A stretch of 64,000 nt of DNA from Ostreococcus lucimarinus. Its lineage: Eukaryota. The stretch lies in the NCBI GenBank assembly GCA_000092065.1, contig CP000585.1. One strand, 5' to 3'. Below, in pieces: positions 55,433-64,000 of the stretch. The stretch's first letter is position 1. Every line of letters begins with the position of its first letter. The position numbers and the translations under genes were made by a program. The notes under the pieces were generated by a model that was not told where the DNA came from, made no database searches, and was given only the letters and a program-made list of their open reading frames with translations.

Positions 55433-57991
55433 ATGCGCGCGACGTCGTGCGTCGAGTGCGCGCGCGTCGTCGCGGACGCGCGCGCGACGCGCGAGCGACG
55501 CGAGGCGGCGGAGCGCGAGCTCGCGGCGGCGACGCGCGACGGCGCGTGCGCGCTCGAGCTGCTGCGCGCGGTGACGACGAGCGACGACGGCGAGGGCGAA
55601 GCGCTGACGGCGGCGGAGCGGCAGACGTGCGGGGTGCTGGCGGCGAACGCGCTGGGGACGTCTTGGCGCGGGACGGAGGCGACGACGCGCGAGGCGTGCC
55701 GAGCGGAGACGCTTCGCGCGTTGTTTCCGGCGAACGCGGGAGGCGAGGATGGTGGACGCGGAGGGCGAGCGTCGATGCGAGCGTTCGTGAATTGCGTGGA
55801 TGTTCTGGCGCAGTGCGGGTGCGCGGAGGGAGGAGAGGGGTGGGAATGGCGCGAGTTGTGGACGGCGCTCGACGCGGCGAGCGCGAGCGGCGAGGCGAGT
55901 CATCGAGAGGCGAGCGCGCGGACGTACGCGGTGCTTTGTGAATCGCTCGGTGCGCGCATGGTGAGCGAACATGAGAGGTTACTGGTGATGTTCGTGCGAA
56001 TGGTGTCGTCGGATGAAGACGCGAACGTGAGGTACGCGGCTTTGGACGGCGTCGGCAAGTTGGCGGGAAGTTGGTGCGTCGCGCCGACGCTCGGACCCGC
56101 GCTGTCCGCGTGCGCAGTCGAGTTGGTACGATGTGCGGAACGATCGCTAGAAATAGGAGACGGCAGGCTGCTCGGCGCGTCGCTCGAAGCGATGTCGGCT
56201 TTAGTCGGGGCGCGAGAGGACGTTTACGGCGCGCACAACGCCGCGCTGATTCAAATCTTGGAGCTCGCGCTACGCCTCGGCACCAATCCAAAGCTAGACG
56301 CCGGCTCTATTCGTGCGCCAGCACTGCTGATTTTGACAAAGATGGCGAAGAAGCACGCCGAGCTGTTGACGGAAACGATGGCTGGTCAGATTGATTTACA
56401 GTACGACCCGCACGTTTTGGGTCAGGGCGGTCCAATTTCCGCCGCGCTCGTGCCGCCGTTGCTGACGATTTCTTTGGAAGCCGAAGAGCGTTCATTTGAT
56501 GACGAAGATGTCGAGGGCGAAGGTTTGGACGAACAGAGTTCGTCGCCCGCGGCGTTAGCTCGAGGTGCTCTTCGCGCGCTTGCGAGTACGATTCCCAACC
56601 ACTTCGTCGTCGCCCCGGCGCTGAATCTTCTCGAGCGGCTGCGAGGCGGCGCGAACGCACCCGCGGCGTGGAGAGTGTTTGCGGCGATCACAGAAGGTAC
56701 CCAAGGTGAGGGCGTGACATCACATCTCCCGGTGCTCATTCCCGAGCTCACTGAGACCATGAAATGCGTCGATGTGAATCTCAGAGTTGCCGCGATGGAG
56801 GCCATGTGCATGATGGCGACGCACTGTCAGCCAGAGATGGCGGATGAATACGCGGGTACGACTTTCTCGCTCATCGCGAGCATGTTGACACACGCGCCTC
56901 GAAGTTGCCAGTGGGCTGTGCACGGTGCGTTATCGAAGATGTGCGAAAACTCCCTCGGTGAGGCAATCGCGCCGCTTATAGTGCCGCTCATAGAGGCTTT
57001 AAAGGCGCAGACGATGGACCTTTCTTGGCGTACAGCCGCGCGTGCGACGCATTCATTTGGTGCAGTGGCGCAATGCTCTCTTGATTACTTCACTCCGTAC
57101 GCTAGTGATATTTTGTCACTTTTGCTTGCTCGCGCTAAATCGGCGGAACAAACCGGAAACGGTACGGAGTTGCAAGCGAGATCAGTGGCGACGATGGCGA
57201 CCATCTTGGGTGTCGTAGGCATCGAGCGCGCTCCGAATGGATTGCTTGAGTTGCTGCTCCAGACCGCGGCATCGGCGCTAACGTCCGCAGACACTATTGC
57301 TCGCGAGTGCGCGCACGAGTGCTTGGGTAGATTAGCCGTCGCACTGGAGGACAAGTTTGAGCCGTATGCGATCGATGCGGCATCTGCGGCAGTCGCGGCT
57401 CTCGCTCAAACAGAGTCAGCTTCGCATAGAACAGCCATCACCACTGGCGTCGTCGAAGAGCAGATGGCTGCGGCGGAGGCTTTGGGCCAGTACTTCAACA
57501 GCGGCGTGGTGTGTCTCCGGCCCTTCTTACCGACCACGCTCGAAGCGCTTGCGTTCGCATCTGATACGACTCGACCGACACCGCTTCGGTTGGCGGCAAT
57601 TCGCGCCTTGGAGTTCATATTCTCTCCGTGGTCGAGTGCAGAGAAGGGCGACGTCGCGTTTCTCGCTCTCAGTACGGCGACGATTAAGCTTCTTTGCGAG
57701 CGCGTCAGATTCGATCCGGACGCCGCCGTGGTGTTAGCCGCGATCCAAGGCATCAGCGAGTTATTAGATAAGGCAAAAACTTTGGCAACTTTACCTATGG
57801 ACGTTCTTGAGGGCGCAAAAGACGCTGCGGAAGTTGTTATTCGCTGGCAAAGCGTGTGTCAAATCGAGTTCGAGGCAAAAGAAGACGCTGCGGAGAACGA
57901 CGACGACGACGAAAGCGATGATAATGATATTTTTGACTCAATGGTGTTTTGGGCTGAACGAATCGCGCCACAGGACGAAGATAGCGACTGA
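55433..57991 (+). CDS. HEAT/ARM-repeat protein, importin-beta/karyopherin-like.
   Basis: The region from the ATG at 55433 is alpha-helical-repeat rich, for example ...LIQILELALRLGTNPKLDAGSIRAPALLILTKMAKKHAELL..., ...LPVLIPELTETMKCVDVNLRVAAMEAMCMMATHC... and ...AIRALEFIFSPWSS.... An acidic C-terminal tail reads ENDDDDESDDNDIFD. The family assignment is tentative. Confidence 0.4.
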   Translation: MRATSCVECARVVADARATRERREAAERELAAATRDGACALELLRAVTTSDDGEGEALTAAERQTCGVLAANALGTSWRGTEATTREACRAETLRALFPANAGGEDGGRGGRASMRAFVNCVDVLAQCGCAEGGEGWEWRELWTALDAASASGEASHREASARTYAVLCESLGARMVSEHERLLVMFVRMVSSDEDANVRYAALDGVGKLAGSWCVAPTLGPALSACAVELVRCAERSLEIGDGRLLGASLEAMSALVGAREDVYGAHNAALIQILELALRLGTNPKLDAGSIRAPALLILTKMAKKHAELLTETMAGQIDLQYDPHVLGQGGPISAALVPPLLTISLEAEERSFDDEDVEGEGLDEQSSSPAALARGALRALASTIPNHFVVAPALNLLERLRGGANAPAAWRVFAAITEGTQGEGVTSHLPVLIPELTETMKCVDVNLRVAAMEAMCMMATHCQPEMADEYAGTTFSLIASMLTHAPRSCQWAVHGALSKMCENSLGEAIAPLIVPLIEALKAQTMDLSWRTAARATHSFGAVAQCSLDYFTPYASDILSLLLARAKSAEQTGNGTELQARSVATMATILGVVGIERAPNGLLELLLQTAASALTSADTIARECAHECLGRLAVALEDKFEPYAIDAASAAVAALAQTESASHRTAITTGVVEEQMAAAEALGQYFNSGVVCLRPFLPTTLEALAFASDTTRPTPLRLAAIRALEFIFSPWSSAEKGDVAFLALSTATIKLLCERVRFDPDAAVVLAAIQGISELLDKAKTLATLPMDVLEGAKDAAEVVIRWQSVCQIEFEAKEDAAENDDDDESDDNDIFDSMVFWAERIAPQDEDSD

Positions 57992-58004
57992 GACTTTTGT
58001 AAAA

Positions 58005-60476
58005 TTAATGTAAATGCCTCTGTCTGATTCTATCGCCAAACTTTATTGCGAACAGTCCGCAGAGCGTGCACGCACAAAGTAAACCAGTCAGTCCGAAAAG
58101 ATTGCGTCCAACGTGATCATATTCGACGCCAATGACATTCAAGTAAGTTGCGCCGCGTACTGGGACCTTGACTTGCTGGCCATCGAAGTCAGCATTGAAC
58201 AAGTACGGACCGCCTCGCATCTCGGAGGCAAGAATGCCTCCCCATGAGAAATAGAAAGGCGATAGGTAACGCACCCACGCACTTCCGCGGGGGAGTAATT
58301 TGACGTTTATCAAGAATCCAGCAAACACTGCATCGACGAGTAAGACGACAGTGTTGGCCAAAGTTGTGGCAGCCGTTGAAGTAGAAACAAACGTCATCGT
58401 GGCGCACTGAGCCGACTGACATAAAATAAAAAGCAGAATGAAGGCAAGAAAGGTAAAGAACGCGGTGAACGAAAGTCTAAGACCCATCAAAAAGTAGAAA
58501 ACCACAATTGCGAGACAGGCCGGTGGGATTCTCAAAAACAGCCAATCGATTGCGAGTTTGGTGAAAAAGTACAGCTCGCTTCCGTAGAACTTGGCGCGGA
58601 CTTGTCGCCTCGCAATTTCCCGTTCGTTGTTTATCCCATCGATAAGAGTCATCGCTGACAATGCAAAGTACACCAGAAGAAAGAACGTAGATCCCATTCG
58701 ATTCTGGAAGCCCTCGAGATCGTTAGTCGCGTCAGTCAGAAGACCTAAAATCAAACCGATCACGATTGGCGTAAAATAGTGCGAGACTAGCACTCTTCGC
58801 TCTCTACTGATGACCGCAAACGCACGCCACAAGAGCACGCGTGCTGTTTTTATGGCAGATGTGTACTCATCGTACATACATTCGGCGGCTGGAACTTGAA
58901 GTCTGGAGTGTTGTTTCGACGCCACCGACGATGGCTTTTCGTCGCGCGTCGCTTGTACTGCACAGATGAAACGATTCTGCTTGGCTTCATCGCATGCGAT
59001 ATCCAACAACCACTCCGCAGTGCTCACTCCAGGCGGAGCTTCCATGTCAATCATAGTCAACGTATTATCAAGCTCGGCCGGCGAACCCGTCCACAGCAAG
59101 CGGCCGTTCTGCGTGAGAACAAGAATTTTGTGAAAATTATCCAGGACACGCCTCGACGGTTGATGCACGGTTGCGACGACGACCTTTTCTTGGTGAGATG
59201 CGAGATCACGCAGGAGTGTGAATACGCGCCAGGACGTGTGTGCATCTAGTCCAGAAGTCGGCTCATCTAAGATAATCGTTGTTGGATCCACAACCAGCTC
59301 CTGCGCGATCGCAACCCTGCGCAATTCGCCTCCACTCAATGTTTGTTTCTGTGACAGCGTCCCGCCAACGCGAGAGTTGGAGACGTGTGTTAATCCGAGA
59401 GAATTTATGACATCATGAGTGCGCTCATGCAGCTCGTTCGCGTGCAAGAACCAGGGTAGTCGTAGGCTTGCTGCGACCCAGCACGTTTCGTAAACGCTTA
59501 ACTGCGCGATCATAGGCGTGTGCTGCGCAACAAACGCGAGGTTGTGTCGCTTTTCGTCCAACTCTTCTCCATTTACCAATATCGTTCCACTTTTGAGAAA
59601 GTTTCCGTGAACAAGCGCGTTCATGAGCGTCGTCTTTCCACAGCCGCTCGGTCCCAGAACGCCCACGATTTCCCCTGGGTGAAACGTCGCACTTACGTCA
59701 TCAATTATGATGCGATCATCATCCACGGAGCACGTCACGTTTTTCAGCTCTACCGTAGTAGGGTACTTATAACGTGGCACTACGTTGTGCGCAAAGATTT
59801 CACGGAGTTTCCAACGCTGCTGAGATCTAAATCTGACAAAGACGAACGCGGCCATGCCCACAACGCCAGCCACAACGCCGAGTGCGATGCCTGCAGTCGC
59901 CGCTGACTTGTCCGAAGTCTCCATCCCTCCAGTTCCATTCATAGCTTCTACCGCACCAAATGCATCCTCAATATCCGGACGAATGTACGATTCATTCGTG
60001 TTTCGAGCTTCTACCGCACCAAATTCATCCTCAATATCCGGACGAATGTACGATTCATTCGTGTTTCGAAGCCATTCCGTCGGCATCGGTGGAGCGCGAG
60101 GCGGCGGTGGCGTCGTCAAACAAGGCAAATCGTCTCGAGGACACTGCGAAACTCGAAGGAACGCCGCGATGGTCGCCCCGTTTTGTAATAGTACGTCTAG
60201 ATTCTGCACCGCACATGCGTCCAGGTCCAGTTGCGACACGTCATACCCAGCTTGCGCCAATCTCTCGCCTAAGAAGCACACGCAGCTCTCGCAGAGGTCT
60301 TCGAGCGACAGGGAGCACGCCTCGCCGAGCCCAACCAGATCAACTCGGCCAGCGTCGATCGGGCACGTGTTTTGCGCGAGAGCGATGACGAAGTGCGATG
60401 AGACGACCAGATATACGATGAGAAACTTGAAACGCATGGTTGCGGCTCGGAGTGAAGCCCGCCTCGATACCGACAT
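58005..60476 (-). CDS. ABCG (White)-type half-transporter with an atypical N-terminal extension: signal peptide, Cys-containing ectodomain, an extra TM helix, then the NBD and a 6-TM ABC-2 membrane domain.
   Basis: ATGs lie at 60476 and 60437; the second begins the signal peptide MRFKFLIVYLVVSSHFVIALA. The ectodomain has spaced Cys, a PPPPRAPPMP stretch and an internal 21-aa duplication RNTNESYIRPDIED(E/A)FGAVEA. The extra TM reads AGIALGVVAGVVGMAAFVFV. In the NBD, Walker A reads GVLGPSGCGKTTLMNAL and the signature plus Walker B reads LSGGELRRVAIAQELVVDPTTIILDEPTSGLD. The H-loop reads VVATVHQPS. Confidence 0.75.
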   Translation of the reverse strand: MSVSRRASLRAATMRFKFLIVYLVVSSHFVIALAQNTCPIDAGRVDLVGLGEACSLSLEDLCESCVCFLGERLAQAGYDVSQLDLDACAVQNLDVLLQNGATIAAFLRVSQCPRDDLPCLTTPPPPRAPPMPTEWLRNTNESYIRPDIEDEFGAVEARNTNESYIRPDIEDAFGAVEAMNGTGGMETSDKSAATAGIALGVVAGVVGMAAFVFVRFRSQQRWKLREIFAHNVVPRYKYPTTVELKNVTCSVDDDRIIIDDVSATFHPGEIVGVLGPSGCGKTTLMNALVHGNFLKSGTILVNGEELDEKRHNLAFVAQHTPMIAQLSVYETCWVAASLRLPWFLHANELHERTHDVINSLGLTHVSNSRVGGTLSQKQTLSGGELRRVAIAQELVVDPTTIILDEPTSGLDAHTSWRVFTLLRDLASHQEKVVVATVHQPSRRVLDNFHKILVLTQNGRLLWTGSPAELDNTLTMIDMEAPPGVSTAEWLLDIACDEAKQNRFICAVQATRDEKPSSVASKQHSRLQVPAAECMYDEYTSAIKTARVLLWRAFAVISRERRVLVSHYFTPIVIGLILGLLTDATNDLEGFQNRMGSTFFLLVYFALSAMTLIDGINNEREIARRQVRAKFYGSELYFFTKLAIDWLFLRIPPACLAIVVFYFLMGLRLSFTAFFTFLAFILLFILCQSAQCATMTFVSTSTAATTLANTVVLLVDAVFAGFLINVKLLPRGSAWVRYLSPFYFSWGGILASEMRGGPYLFNADFDGQQVKVPVRGATYLNVIGVEYDHVGRNLFGLTGLLCACTLCGLFAIKFGDRIRQRHLH

Positions 60477-60591
60477 AGTTTTGGTGACTGTCTCGGGATC
60501 GTCAGCGCGTGGCGACGAGCGTTTGAACGTCGACGATTACTATTGCAAACGACAACGCACGCGCTAAAGACTATGAACTAATTCTAAAGTG

Positions 60592-63500
60592 CTACATTTT
60601 GAATATTTTTGTGTAGTCGAATGCGAAATCGATCGGATTACCGCGCGAAATCGCGATTGGAATGTCTCCTTCTGCTTTTGCAGGAGATTTGCATCGCACG
60701 CTTCCGTCGCCGTTGAACAGCGCGTGGATGGGACCAGTGGTGCCGAATTTACACCAAACTGGAGTGTCTGGAGGGAAATAACTACTCGCAACAGTGAGTG
60801 TGGTACCACCAGCGCGAGTCCCAGCAAGTGGTGACAACGAAGAGAGCGGCATATTTTCAATCGGTTCAAAGACGATTTGAGAACCGGTCCAATCGTCCGC
60901 ATTCAAGGAGAGATCAACCACAAGGGGCGCGTCCATCAAACCGATGGAGAACGTGGGAGTCTCACATCGCATGATCGTGGAAGACACATGAACGGCACCA
61001 ACGGTATACATCCCGCCGAAGCGGCAAGATAAGCCGTCCACCGACGTTCCTGGCATCATCGGCGATCCATGTGAGGCGACAGAAACGGATTGAATCAAGT
61101 TGTCTCCGTGCACATTGATGACTGTCCCACCCCCGAAGACGCCCATCTCCGGGTATACCATGTCGATTTCTGGTGCTTCTTGGAACTCGAACTGAATCCC
61201 AATTGCAGTGTACGAAGTCCCAGCTTCGGAACTGGGCGACAGTTGCACTGGCACAAAGCCTGCGTCACTCGATGGTGTCAAGCACTTGGCCGTGCTCGAA
61301 TCGCTGATGAAACCGTTTCCATATCTCGAAAAAAACTTGCACGCTAACGAAGAGGGTACAGAAGCACTGAACGAGAATGAAATTAATGTGCCTCCTGAGT
61401 TGGGTCCGAAGAGGTTCGTGGCGGAATTGATACCACCAGTGAAGTCTGGTACAGGAGTGACTGTGGCGTCGGTGTCGCTGTCAGAACTTGCAGAGTTGAC
61501 AAATTTGCTGTAATCCAGCATGTTGTTTGACACTCTGACCGAATAAGTCTGAGGTTTAAGACCAGGAGCGACGCAATTCAAAATCGTAGCGCTCACATAA
61601 GTAGCTCGAACATGAATTTCACCAAACTTGCAAAATAAATCGCGGTTCGACACGAACCCACTTCCAGTTAACTTGACGAGCCTGCCTCCTGATTCCAGAG
61701 TTTCCAAAGCGGCGGCATTCGTCATGCTTGGCAAACTGCGGTACTTCATAACGGCTCCTGCCGAGCCCCACGAATCGGAATCGACGAAACCTGTGGATGT
61801 GTAGATGCTGGCAGTCGCATCAGAGGCGCCCGCTGGGGCCTCGAAGCGAATCAACGCCGAAGACAAAAAGCTCTGTGAAATGTATGGGTTCGTCTGTGCC
61901 ACATCGCCGAGACGAATCGACGTCATGCCCTCGACGAAGTTCACTCCTGACACGACCGCGACAGTGCCACCTCCCGTCACCGCAATGTTTGGCTGAACAG
62001 TGGCGGATGATGCGCCATCCACGTAAGCGAGCTGCGGGACATTCACAGTCAGATTTGCTCCTCCTGGGAGTTGAAGTATCGCAAAGTTGACCGAGTGAAT
62101 TTGCGTGAGGATTCCGCCTATGTTATTGGCTTCTTGACAGAGCGTGTACTGCGGCGCAGCTGGATTGCACGTCGGTACTGACGAAGGCAGGCTACCGATG
62201 TGCGCGTGCAAACGAACGAATACGTTGTCCTTCGCCGGTACGACACTCGGGATGAGCGGACTCGGTTCGAATGGCTTGAAGAACGTCAACTCTGCCTCGT
62301 ATGGATCACTTCTCGCCGATAAGGCGTGCGACAAAAACAGCATTTTATTTCCACTGACAGTCGCGGGGCTGATTGCTTCGACTTGTGCAGCGGTCACCCA
62401 GCGCAAAGCGAGAGGCGAAATCGTACCAAGTGACGCATACAGATCATACACTTGCATACCCAAATCAGTTCCGAAAATGTTCATGGCGCTACCGCCATCG
62501 AGGAATAAGCTATCCGCTTGTAAACTCGTAATAGCTGGTCGCATGATCGAGTTAAGCTCGGCTTGCCCATCTTCCGGTGTCGTACCCAATAAGCCAGCCG
62601 TCAGGCCAATTTCAATCAGGGGATCTGCGTACGGTGACTCGCAAATAATCAACGATGAACTCACAAAGTGTGCATCGATGGCGAACGTCGCGGTGAACTC
62701 GTTCTGATACCAAGGCGAGAACATGCACACTAATCCGTCCGAAATCGCATCGACCAGCATGACAGAGACTAATGTGCCGCCGCCGGTGTGAATCACCTCT
62801 GGCCCCCACGCGTCGATTGTCGGCGACGTGACATAATGGAAACTACCAGAGAACGACGTATTGGCGGCATCAGGTCCTGTGATTATGATGGGATACATTC
62901 CTTCGATGAACGAATCTCGTTCCAACGTGCATAGAATGGAGTAGATATTCGTCGTCACAGAGTAAGTACTCGTTAATGTAGTACCTCCCGTGAGGCAACC
63001 TCGTGAGGAGACGTTTTGAGCTGGATACGGCGCTTCGTAAAAGGCCTCAACGGTCGCAACTTGATCCGTCACGTGACCAGCGCGAGGAAGGACATCCTTG
63101 ATTTTCGCTGGGAAAACGTAATCAAGCGTCAAAATAGAATCCACCGACGTACCAGATGGTAACGCGGGGTTCGCAAGACTGAGCGTGAGCTCATAACGCC
63201 AGTCTCGCTTGTTCATGGAAATTTGAAGATGCACGCTCTCTTTGCTGTGAGCCGGAGAGATACACTTGAGTACTTTGGAATCGTATGCACGTGCATAAAA
63301 AGGACCAATTGTGCCGGCACGGCACCAAATAGTGGACGGCGCTGAAAGTTTATCACCACTGACGATCAATGTCGACCCCCCTTCGATAGGGGAAAACGTG
63401 GGCGAGACGGATGAAAGTAACAGCTGATCGAGCGCAGTGAAGGCAGTCGATGGCGAATGCTCATGCGTCGACGCGTAAAGCGCTTTTGTTCCTTTCGTCG

Positions 63501-64000
63501 CGAATGTGGGCGTTTCGATAATGCCGAGAGCAGAAGAAACGACGTGCGAAACGACGGCGGTACTTCCAAACATGACTCGGCTCACGTCGCCTTTGCGGAA
63601 ATTTGCGCCAGACATGAATAGAACCGTGCCACCATCCACGGGTCCAACCAGTGGATCCACACTAGTCACCGATAGAGGATCATAGTACTCAAACTGCGTT
63701 TGTGTCGAATCATATTGCGTGTATGTGGATACGATTGCATAGACTCCAACCTGTACGAAACCCGCCACTGCGCTTGCACCCCAGGAACACGTGATGGAAC
63801 CGTCGGTCGATGAGACTTGTCTTGCGGTGACGTTTAACGAGCTGCACAAGTCTGTAACGGCAGAGTCCAATCCCGCGCCGAATATTGTGTATTCAGTCGT
63901 GATATGCATTGGTCCGTGCGCTGGTATGACTGCATCGACGTTATATGGGGACTTTGCATAAGTGTACGTGACGCCTCTGTATGTTGTCGGTGTACCACCC
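60592..64000 (-). CDS. Very large extracellular/surface protein built from many IPT/TIG-like immunoglobulin-fold repeats. The N-terminus lies beyond the right window edge.
   Basis: IPT/TIG-style units recur at least 10 times, for example SVDPLVGPVDGGTVLFMSGANFRKGDVSRVMFGS, VSPTFSPIEGGSTLIVSGDKL, TSLQADSLFLDGGSAMNIFGTDL, ALETLESGGRLVKLTGSGFVSNRDLFCKFGEIHVRATYVSATILNCVAP and DMVYPEMGVFGGGTVINVHGDNL. The frame stays open upstream of the track ATG at 63909 as far as position 64000 (GGTPTTYRGVTYTYAKSPYNVDAVIPAHGP-MHITTEY...). Confidence 0.6.
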   Translation of the reverse strand, partial: GGTPTTYRGVTYTYAKSPYNVDAVIPAHGPMHITTEYTIFGAGLDSAVTDLCSSLNVTARQVSSTDGSITCSWGASAVAGFVQVGVYAIVSTYTQYDSTQTQFEYYDPLSVTSVDPLVGPVDGGTVLFMSGANFRKGDVSRVMFGSTAVVSHVVSSALGIIETPTFATKGTKALYASTHEHSPSTAFTALDQLLLSSVSPTFSPIEGGSTLIVSGDKLSAPSTIWCRAGTIGPFYARAYDSKVLKCISPAHSKESVHLQISMNKRDWRYELTLSLANPALPSGTSVDSILTLDYVFPAKIKDVLPRAGHVTDQVATVEAFYEAPYPAQNVSSRGCLTGGTTLTSTYSVTTNIYSILCTLERDSFIEGMYPIIITGPDAANTSFSGSFHYVTSPTIDAWGPEVIHTGGGTLVSVMLVDAISDGLVCMFSPWYQNEFTATFAIDAHFVSSSLIICESPYADPLIEIGLTAGLLGTTPEDGQAELNSIMRPAITSLQADSLFLDGGSAMNIFGTDLGMQVYDLYASLGTISPLALRWVTAAQVEAISPATVSGNKMLFLSHALSARSDPYEAELTFFKPFEPSPLIPSVVPAKDNVFVRLHAHIGSLPSSVPTCNPAAPQYTLCQEANNIGGILTQIHSVNFAILQLPGGANLTVNVPQLAYVDGASSATVQPNIAVTGGGTVAVVSGVNFVEGMTSIRLGDVAQTNPYISQSFLSSALIRFEAPAGASDATASIYTSTGFVDSDSWGSAGAVMKYRSLPSMTNAAALETLESGGRLVKLTGSGFVSNRDLFCKFGEIHVRATYVSATILNCVAPGLKPQTYSVRVSNNMLDYSKFVNSASSDSDTDATVTPVPDFTGGINSATNLFGPNSGGTLISFSFSASVPSSLACKFFSRYGNGFISDSSTAKCLTPSSDAGFVPVQLSPSSEAGTSYTAIGIQFEFQEAPEIDMVYPEMGVFGGGTVINVHGDNLIQSVSVASHGSPMMPGTSVDGLSCRFGGMYTVGAVHVSSTIMRCETPTFSIGLMDAPLVVDLSLNADDWTGSQIVFEPIENMPLSSLSPLAGTRAGGTTLTVASSYFPPDTPVWCKFGTTGPIHALFNGDGSVRCKSPAKAEGDIPIAISRGNPIDFAFDYTKIFKM

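Noticed and set aside
1-64000. Prokaryotic interpretation: operons, defence islands, or mobile elements such as transposases and integrases.
   Set aside because: Every recognisable product is eukaryotic: PP2C, PHD, SET, Maf1, NELF-B, POT1, importin-like, RLK, ABCG and COMM. I found no transposase, integrase or reverse-transcriptase signature, and no terminal inverted repeats or LTR pairs.

Overview
This is eukaryotic nuclear DNA, not prokaryotic. The window is very G+C-rich, by eye about two thirds G+C, with (GAC)n, (GAG)n and (CG)n microsatellites. It is densely packed with about 41 protein-coding genes, almost all apparently single-exon, on both strands. Divergent gene pairs share short promoters of roughly 60-330 bp. 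Several convergent pairs end within 5-30 bp of each other. The gene content is a housekeeping mix with a clear photosynthetic green-lineage signature. That includes phytoene synthase, a stromal-processing-peptidase-like M16 protease, a RAP/FAST-kinase-like organellar RNA-binding protein, plastid-type cysteine synthase, and a plant MS1/MMD1-type PHD protein. Together with the compaction and GC level this suggests a picoeukaryotic green alga of the Micromonas/Mamiellophyceae type; that taxonomic guess is inference only. Recognisable genes include the following.
- Regulators and nuclear factors: PP2C phosphatase, Maf1 (split by one intron), NELF-B/COBRA1-like, POT1-like, ZNHIT1-like HIT finger, HMG-box protein, PHD-finger protein.
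- Enzymes: two adjacent PhyH-like dioxygenase paralogs, SET-domain lysine methyltransferase, DEAD-box helicase, MMACHC (CblC)-like, JmjC hydroxylase, parvulin PpiC isomerase.
- Membrane, transport and secreted proteins: PQ-loop transporter, MFS transporter, receptor-like Ser/Thr kinase, a secreted/membrane atypical kinase-like protein, an ABCG half-transporter with an unusual N-terminal ectodomain, and a very large IPT/TIG-repeat extracellular protein running off the right edge.
- Other domain proteins: TPR + J-domain + GT-A glycosyltransferase-like fusion, Rieske protein, FHA/SNIP1-like, CBS, COMM, WD40 (WDR44-like), MAM33/p32, DUF218, UBA protein with a proline-rich repeat, HEAT/importin-like.
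The ORF track used GTG/TTG starts and bacterial-style longest ORFs. Because of the GC content it also reports many long antisense or out-of-frame ORFs and 5' over-extensions. I re-placed starts at the first plausible ATG, and coordinates may be off by 1-2 nt. I found no prokaryotic defence system, CRISPR array, rRNA or tRNA. The most unusual items are a 10-copy 40-bp minisatellite in which each unit carries a TATAAAG box immediately upstream of a gene, several unusual domain architectures, and head-to-head gene pairs whose ATGs nearly abut.
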